Shown here piece after piece: positions 55,739 to 64,000 of a stretch of DNA of 64,000 nt. A program made the position numbers and the translations under genes. The number at the start of each line of letters is the position of its first letter. Position 1 is the first letter of the stretch. The notes under the pieces are model-generated. The model saw only the letters and a program-made list of their open reading frames with translations. It was not told where the DNA came from and did not search any database. Origin of the DNA: Lytechinus pictus (taxonomy: Eukaryota); contig NC_087258.1 of NCBI RefSeq assembly GCF_037042905.1, positions 22,940,001 to 23,004,000 on the forward strand, in the 5' to 3' direction.

Positions 55739-56890
55739 AGGGGAGTTTTTCACAGCATTGGACAAATTATGCTAATTATTATAGGATACGTTACTGTGTG
55801 TTAATCAATGAGAAATTGGCTCAAATTCACGAAGGTGGTTTTGAAAACCATCTGTTGAACCCATGGTTTATGCAGATTTTCTGTATACACTACGCTTAAT
55901 TTACCACGCATACTGAAGATTGTCCAATACTGATGCGCACGTTTGTCACAGTGCACCAATTTGACACCTGTTGCCATGGTTATCCACGCTGTTTTATTCA
56001 TGACTCCATTGTTTTGAATTAATCACTCCACTGAGTTTTATGTTGTAGGCACAGAATTACTTCACATGTTATTTGAATGAAAGAAGAGTCTTTCCAAAAA
56101 GTTCCAAGACAAAAGTTTAGAAAAAGTTCCAAGACAAAAATCAGAAAAACACAGAAAATTCAAATTGAAGTGCAAACTTGCATATTTAACCGTAATAACA
56201 TGATTTCCATTCCGTTCCAGGCCCATTTTGGAAATGCCATCAAAATTCAAAAAGTAAATTCTGACACTCTGTGTCTGAATTGGTATTTCTAAACATTAAC
56301 ATTGGATATGTCGCCAGGTTAAGTCTTATCAGAGACTATAAATGCAATATGATTTTTTTTTCTATCTTGTATTGGAGAAAGATGCATATGGGATATATGA
56401 TAACTATTCATCAATCTTTGATACTCTTGTTTAAGATATTTCTGTGTCAGGTTTCCAAAAAATCTGTTATGTTTTTTTGAAGTCGATTATTTATTTTCTT
56501 GTCGGTAATACCTATATTGAGGTAGACTAAGAGAGAGGTCTTTGTGTGTAATTATAATGCAAGTGCATTCAAAATATGTTAAAATGCAAACATGGTAAAA
56601 TAAGGTTCATTTTTACAACTTTGTTAAAAGATTTTACCGAAAATAAAACGCAAAAGAATATGTTACTGTACAATATGATGCTTCTGCATTTTGTGTTATT
56701 GTGGTGATGAAAAAAAAAAAAAAAAACGGTATAGCTCAGTCACATTTCCCCTAGGTGGCCGTTTGGCGACTCGAAAACGGCCGTTTTAACATTTTTTGTA
56801 CCAGCTACATATAGGTGGTTTGAATAAAAATGAATACAACAGCTGTTTTTGACTCGCCAAACGACCGCCGTATGGCAAAGTAGGTAGTAT

Positions 56891-59800
56891 TAGAGGTGGG
56901 CTATAGAGGGTGACATTTTCAGAACATGCTCATCACACCTTAGTTTGATGAATTAGTGCACACTGACACCATAATCAGAAAAAAAAATGAAAAAAATCCG
57001 AAATCCAGGGTGCCCCGGCCGAAAAACCCGAAAATCCAAGATGGCCGCCGGATTGCCTAAAAAAACATGTTTTTGGCCATAACTCAGTCATTTTTTCATC
57101 CCTTAGCCTAGTTTTGGTGTCTAAACCTATGTTTTGGGGGTCACTGAACCCATTTATAGTATTCATTTTTATATATTCATGACGAAATACCTCCATTTGA
57201 TGACACTATACCCCATTTTTTCTCAATGAATTCTCTTCTCCGAATACGAAAACCATACTGCCACAGGCATGCAATGTAATTATCAAAACACCTGTTTCTT
57301 GACCTCGGTCCGAAGATAACACAACAGCCCGAGTGCGGTCCGAGAAAACATGTCGCCATTTTTTATTCACTTACTTTCCTTATTTCGAGGTTGATTTTCT
57401 TCGTTCGAAATTGAAAATGGTCTAGCATTGAATTTCTGAATACAATATGCCTTTGAAAACATGATTAAATATCGAATACAATAATTTAATTCCGAAGGTC
57501 CTTCTACAGGCAGAGAAGACTTACGTAATACACAGCTGTTGTTTATCATTTCGTCCTTGGCTCAACGCTCATAATCTGGCCTGTGGGGATTACCTGGCCA
57601 AGCGGGGTTGATCAGGCGGGTGTTTCATAAAGCTGTTCGTGAGTTAAGAGCGACTGCATGGTGATCATGTCTTGCGGTAAATGGTACAAACCATTGGCGA
57701 TGATCACCAGTCGTTGTTAAAGTCGCTCTTAACTTACGAACAGCTTTATGAAACGACCCCCAGGGCTTGGAAATGATGTTTTAGATTTTCAAATGCAAAA
57801 TGGGGTGAAATACCGCAGTTTGCCATCTGATCTGCGGTCCGTTTTCAAACGGGGGTAAGACGTAATGTTAGTGTTAAAATTCATGTTATATCAGTATTTA
57901 ATCAAATTTCTACTTATTTCCCCAGTATGCGAATTCTTACAATATTGATTCCAATAGATGACGTGTGCATCACAATTAACAGTTTAAGCCTTCCTTTTTT
58001 CCCTTCTTGTCTCATGCCCATTATCCCAAATTTTATATCCACTTTGTTTTGTTTGTAAGTATGCACAAGTAGTTACAGCACAGCTCCCTTCATCACCGCA
58101 TGTAATGTACATGTATCACTATTACCACTCGAGCTCCTCATTACTACAAACATCAAATAGCACCATCGCTTAACAGTCAGCACATCCTAGCTTCTACACT
58201 TGTTGTGTGTGACCCACACATGTGAGGATTTTGATGCAGGCAATATCTCTACCCTTGTTCAGCATGAAGTCAAGTTAGGGCTTCGTGAAAAATTAATTGC
58301 ATACATGCCAACCCTGAAATCCTTCCTCAAGAAGAGTGTGGTCATAGCAGCATTACAGGCACTGACAAAACTAGTAAGTTATGACGGACACAAATCATCC
58401 ATGTAGGAGACCTTCGAGTGTGAGGTTGCATCTGCAGGCAAAACAAGAACAGCCTCTTCAATGAACATCGATTTGCTCTTATGGCATACACTGCTGCAGC
58501 CATTCTATATCACATCCCGGAGTATGAGGCAACATTGCAGAACACCAAATCCAAGTTCAAGCCTGCCATCTGTACCTTGAGTGTGACTTAATCATGATAG
58601 TATTGAAGGTATTGGCCTGGTTCACATACTGCATAATCCTCCCATTCCTTAACATGGTAGAAGTTAGCTCACAGAATGATCTAGTGACCATCATCCCACG
58701 TCTTCATGATGATCTGCTGAATAACAAGACAGACACACTCTCTTCATACACGGTTCCATACTCTTTCCAAGTTGAAAAACCTGAGAAACTGTAGGGGTGT
58801 ATTTGCAGCAAATGTGTCAGCAAGCTGCCAAAGATTTTAGCCACTCAGAGAGGATGTGAGTATGGATATCAGCAAACGGCAGAAATACGTTTGGCAGAAC
58901 CTAGAGCAACTTAACTCCACAAACTCACACAAGAAGATCTCACCAATCTACCTTCAAACAATTTGCAGTGTGAGCAGGATCTGTCAAATTTTGACAAACT
59001 AGCAAAGCAGTCTGCTGCTGCTTCCAATAGAAACTTCACTACCAAGAGTATTTGAGATGATATGACCTTGAACAAGGCTGGTGTAGTTACTGGAAAAAGT
59101 GACCCATAACATTGCAGAAGTGTTGGATAAGAGTGAGCAGAAATGGGTGGAAGAGCAAAACATCCTCTCTTGGGAAAAGCTTCAGCGGAATGTGGCCCAA
59201 GCGGTAGAGTACCGGGTGTGTGCATAGGCTGTTACAGAAATGTAAAAAATGGGGAGGTCAATTAAGAAACGTTGATGAGCTTCAGGAATGCCTGGATACC
59301 CAAAATTCAACCAAGCTTAAAACTATGTTACGTGCAGAGCTGTCATATCGCAGACACATATCCCATCTAGATTACTTGGTACGCCCACACTTGTATAAGG
59401 TCAACCAACTATGTGAAACAGAAATGAAGGTGAACTTGACTCTTCTATTGACTGGAGGAGAGTCTGATAATCTCCCTGCCCCTGATCTGCCTACTGAAGA
59501 TGACATGCATTCAATCTAAAGCCACCCAATGGGATCACATAGCCAACTGCCCATTCCAACCTTGAAGAAAATACTGACAAAGAAGTGGGCATCAATGAGT
59601 TCTGCAGTGTGATATGGGATTATGACGATGAACGAAACTGGTACCTCGGTATGTGTCGAGACCAACATCATGAGGGATATGAGATCGAGCACATGGAAAA
59701 AGACTTCTAAGATTGAAAGGGACAGATCAGCATTAGCACTGGAGATGGCCAAAGCATGCTCATGTACAGACAGTACTGCCGATGTAGATTCTTCCATGTA

Positions 59801-60576
59801 ATGTAATTGGCTCATGGGATACATCTTCCAGCAGAAACATTACATTTGTGCTTGACAATTGGCATATCATAGAAAGCTAATTCAAGTCATTTTCCAAATA
59901 AAAAAGTGGAATTTTATAATACTCTCTGACTAGAGGTCTGATGATCAAACAATTGGTACTTTAAAGCAGATACAGTATTAGAACTGGCTCCACAGTTACT
60001 GTGCCTGCCGACTCGGAATTCACCAGCCAGATATAGGTTTCTGGGTGCGCGACACAGTCATGTATGAAGGTTATTTGTATATTTCTCGCTGTACTGTTTA
60101 AAATACAAAAAAACACTTTTTGTAGTTAGAGTATATTATTAAGGGTATCATAGCTAACATGACTTGAAGAAAATACAGAAAATAAAATACAAAATTTGCG
60201 GTTGGGGTAGGGGTGAAGGAGAAGGAAAATTTAACATTAAATATGGGGAAAATGTGAGTATTATGTAGAAGAATAGGTTTTACACCAAAAATATCATTAT
60301 ATTCAGTTTCTTTGACCCCTAAAACATAGGGTTAGACACCAAAACTATTACAATAGACAAAAAAATGACTGAGTTACAGCCAAAAATGTCTTTTTTTAGG
60401 CGAAACGGCGGCCATCTTGGATTTTTTACGATTGCGGTCAGGGCACCCCGGATTTTACATTTTTTTCATTTTTTTTTTCAAAAGTGGTGTCAGTAGGCAC
60501 AAAGTCATCAAACTAGGGTGTGATGAGCATGTTCTGAAAATGTGACCTAAATTTGACCCTCTATAGCCCACCTCTA
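56891..60576 (+). mobile_element. 3.7-kb hAT-superfamily transposon with long imperfect TIRs, 7-bp TSD and a decayed transposase (about 58150-59900)
   Basis: TAGAGGTGGGCTATAGAGGGT ... ACCCTCTATAGCCCACCTCTA; TIR similarity extends about 250-300 bp; TSD GTAGTAT; broken ORFs including LPSNNLQCEQDLS and KKWGG..V.EL. Confidence 0.85.
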
Positions 60577-61010
60577 GTAGTATGTAGTATTCATTTCCGT
60601 ATTAAAAGCATAATTATGTACAATAAAATATGGTGGATAGCCCACATTCAGTGTGACTGACACAGTCCCGCTGATCTTCCTTGGGGCCCAAAACATTTAA
60701 CATTAATTAACATATAAGTAAGACACAATAAAACCAGATTAAAATAAACAGTTGTACAGAAAACATATTTAGATACAACACAGCAAATAGAAAAAATATG
60801 AAGGGGTGCAAACCTAACAGGACGGGGAGGGGGTACCGGAGTACATGTGCTACAGATCAATAATCTTAGATTTGAAAATATTAATACTAGGGGATGATTT
60901 AATGTGAGGAGAAAGAGAATTATAAGCCATGGCGCTTTTGTACTTGAAGGATCTTTTGATGTAATTTGTTCTTGGTTTGGGTAATTTAAATTTGGTTCCA
61001 AAACGGGAGG
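60577..61010 (-). mobile_element. CR1/L2-group LINE 3' end
   Basis: FKLPKPRTNYIKRSFKYKSAMAYNSLSPHIKSSPSINIFKSKI*, then a 3' UTR stem and a TAC-type tail. Confidence 0.8.
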
Positions 61011-61675
61011 GATACGTATGTGATACTAACTCAAATTAATTTCTTAAATATTTTTGGGATAGATTATTCATGATCTTATACATGACAATAAGGGAATGAT
61101 CGTTTCTTCTTTTGTCCAACAATTGCCAATTAAGCAGAGCAAAAACTGTGGTGTTAACCGGCGTACATAGAGGACCACACCAGTCATTTTAATCCGGTGT
61201 TAAATTGATGGTGTTAGTGTAACACCTATAGGTATTATTACAACACCTTTGGTTGTTACATTTACACTCTTTGGTGTTATGTTCAATCTCTAGGGTGTAA
61301 TTTTAACACCTCGGGGTGTGGTCCTCTATTAACACCAACTGGTGTCAGTTTTAACACCACAGTTTTTACAGTGAGTGTATTATGCATTTCCAAAATAGAT
61401 ACATGAGATTCGGGTTTAATCTGGAGTATAATACGGCCTGAGGTATGTGACTTAGTTAGTTATAATGGTTTAACATTGATATTCTAATGCCAGTGTACAT
61501 GTATTACAATTACTTATTTACTAATTCTTGCCTTGTACATCCTTATTTAAGAAAACCATCTAATTTACTACTTCTGACAATTTAATTTGGGAGCCATTGA
61601 ACTGATTAAAATTCATGTATAGGGGCAGCATTTGTCGTAACCCCATTAGCAAAATACTGAACAGTTCACATACAA

Positions 61676-61984
61676 AATAATAATAATCAATAATAATTGT
61701 CATTTATATAGCGCTTAATTTTTATCAATCTACGACTGCTCAAAGCACTTCACAATTATTATTACCCGGTCACTGGATTCATAGCTTTTCAAGCAGCCTG
61801 TTAGGCGCACACTTGCTAAACCAACCACAATGACGGTTGTTTTCTACCGGTATAGCACCTGGGTGAGAGTGGCAAAGTGTGGATTGATGCCTTGCCAAAG
61901 GACGCTAGGCCATGGTGGGATTCGTACACACCCCCCTCTGATTACAAGGCGAGAGTCAGAACCGCTACACCACGGCGCTTCCAC
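61676..61984 (-). mobile_element. CORE-like tRNA SINE
   Basis: Head GTGGAAGCGCCGTGGTGTAGCGG, matches 44854 copy; (ATT)n tail. Confidence 0.8.
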
Positions 61985-64000
61985 TAAATAACTTATAACC
62001 ACATGGGTTTTGGGAACGGGCTTCTTGCATCTGTGAAATAATTATTGTCTGGCGCTCTTTTCCCCCATTTTCTATTCCGCCCCCTCTTACTTTGCCAACC
62101 ATCCAACGTGGGAAATTCGTTGAAATGTAGTAATCGGGACCAAAATCTTGGTTACATTTCGTTTTCTATTTCATATATTTTGTAAAGCTACATTTACTCC
62201 TAACCTTTATCTATAACCGCAGGCTACTTGGTATTCATCATCTGGAATACTCGCCCCCGTTTCTTGTTTTTTCTTTCTTTTCTTTTCTTCCGTTCACATC
62301 TTTATTGATAACCGGATTGATTAATGAAAGGGTTAACGATGAGGGCTTTGCACTTGCAAGATTGTCTGCTGGGAGATTACGAACTGGGCTAATTACCATT
62401 ACTCTAAAATTCTAAATGTATATTGTTGCCTATAAAGAAATACATGAGCACATTTTCTTAATTGATTTATGCACTCATTAATTCTTACTAATCAACCGGA
62501 GTCGATATTGGATTAATTTTTTAAACTGACCTAATAAAGGTGAAATGGAACACCGAAATAATACGTTATCTGCTACTGCATATCCATTATTGTGAGAGTC
62601 CTATTTTCCTGGCCTATAAAAGTTCTACTTGAAAAAAAATAATGAGATCGGATATTTCGAGGTTGAAAACTATCTTATTCAAATTTTACAATATTTCTCG
62701 ATTGAAATATTCGAAAAATATGGTAAAAATTGAATGTGGTGTTTTAAAAAAATGAATTTCGAGACGTTATTTTCTGATCGTAAGTTCGGATTCTCAGCTT
62801 ATCTTTTCTTTGTTTATGCTTCTTTCATTTCATCTTGAAGCGTCTTGAGCAATTAATGAAAATGTGTAAATCTCATGTATTCTTATTATCATTTCAAAAT
62901 TGACAAAATTTCAAAGAGGATGAAGATGGTATTAAGGGAGGGTATTGGTCTGTGTCGTGATGAGAATGTAGTCTGGAAATGAAATGGGGCTCTCAGCATT
63001 ACAATGAATACTGAATTTATTTATCGATCATGAAACATTTATGATTTTGGAATGATCAAATATATTCGGCAACTTATTTAAACACACTTTAAAAAAATAA
63101 GAAGAAGAATCCAAAAGCATCTGTCTGTAAAATAATGGGAAGTCGACTACCTAAAGGAATAAGCCAACATACAAACAGCAATTGAAATAAGGTCCATTAC
63201 CGGGGGGGGGGGGGGCGTTTCTTAAAGCTGATCGTAAGTTAAGATCGACTTTAAGAACGACTGGTGATCCTTTCTTGTGGTAAATGATATTGACCAATAC
63301 TGTTCATTGGTGATTATTCAGAGCGTAAGAAAAGTTCACCAATCGTTCTTAAAGTCGCTCTTAACTTACGAACAGCTCCATGAAACACACACCTGGTTTG
63401 TCGAAATAACACTGCAATGATCATGATTATTGTAAAGTAACGAATATCCACATACATTAATTTTGTCAAATATAATGATATCAAATAATACATGTAAATG
63501 CGATATAAGAAGAACTTCGACACGTATGGCAGAACTGACAAAATATTACTTCATAATATTAGTATTGTTAGCTTTATTTTACAAAAATAAAACATGAAAA
63601 TATAAAACAAAATTTAAAAAAGCAAAAAAGTCAATGGGAGGCTTCATTTCGAATAAAGCCAATACAATTCAGAGCTCCATATTATTTACAATACATCTTT
63701 TCAAAATAAACGTTTGTTTTTTCCTCAAATTTTTATTAAATTCATTCCCCAATACTTCTTTTGCATTTGCGCACAAACACCCAACACCCACAATCATGTC
63801 TGACTTAATGATCTCTCTTCTACACATGCTCTCCAATCACTTAATGGCTATTAGGTATTCAAGATACGTTTGCAATTAATCATTCTAAAACACTAAAAAA
63901 ATTGAACCACATTTGATATACACATTTCATAGGAATAACAGAACAAATAAATATATCATGAAAATGTCCAAAATCTATCACTCAGCGATTATTGAATTTA

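Overview
AT-rich, intron-containing animal genomic DNA. The repeat families (DeuSINE, CORE-like SINEs, a Tsp/HINE-like element) suggest a sea urchin or other marine deuterostome; this is an inference. Three spliced genes were reconstructed by hand. (1) The last three exons of a fibrinogen-related-domain (FReD) protein gene (+, 9916-12075). (2) Mitochondrial ribosomal protein MRPS22 (-, 8 exons, 30496-16230). (3) DEAD-box helicase DDX19/Dbp5 (+, 11 exons, 33923-51522), head-to-head with MRPS22. Introns and intergenic DNA are packed with nested transposon remnants: hAT-like, Kolobok-like, piggyBac-like, Harbinger-like and Helentron-like elements, a Gypsy LTR derivative, L2/CR1- and I-clade LINE fragments, and SINEs. 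The most striking structure is a 163-bp tandem array in DDX19 intron 5. It places nine splice-acceptor-bearing, stop-containing copies of exon 6 directly upstream of the real exon. Other highlights are degenerate tandem copies of the MRPS22 terminal exon in its 3' region, a Penelope-type minimal hammerhead-like motif, hAT-like elements with 5-, 6-, 7- and 8-bp target duplications, and an excess of TACATGTA octamers that resemble Tc1-type excision footprints. All coordinates were counted by eye, and TE ends without a stated TSD are approximate.
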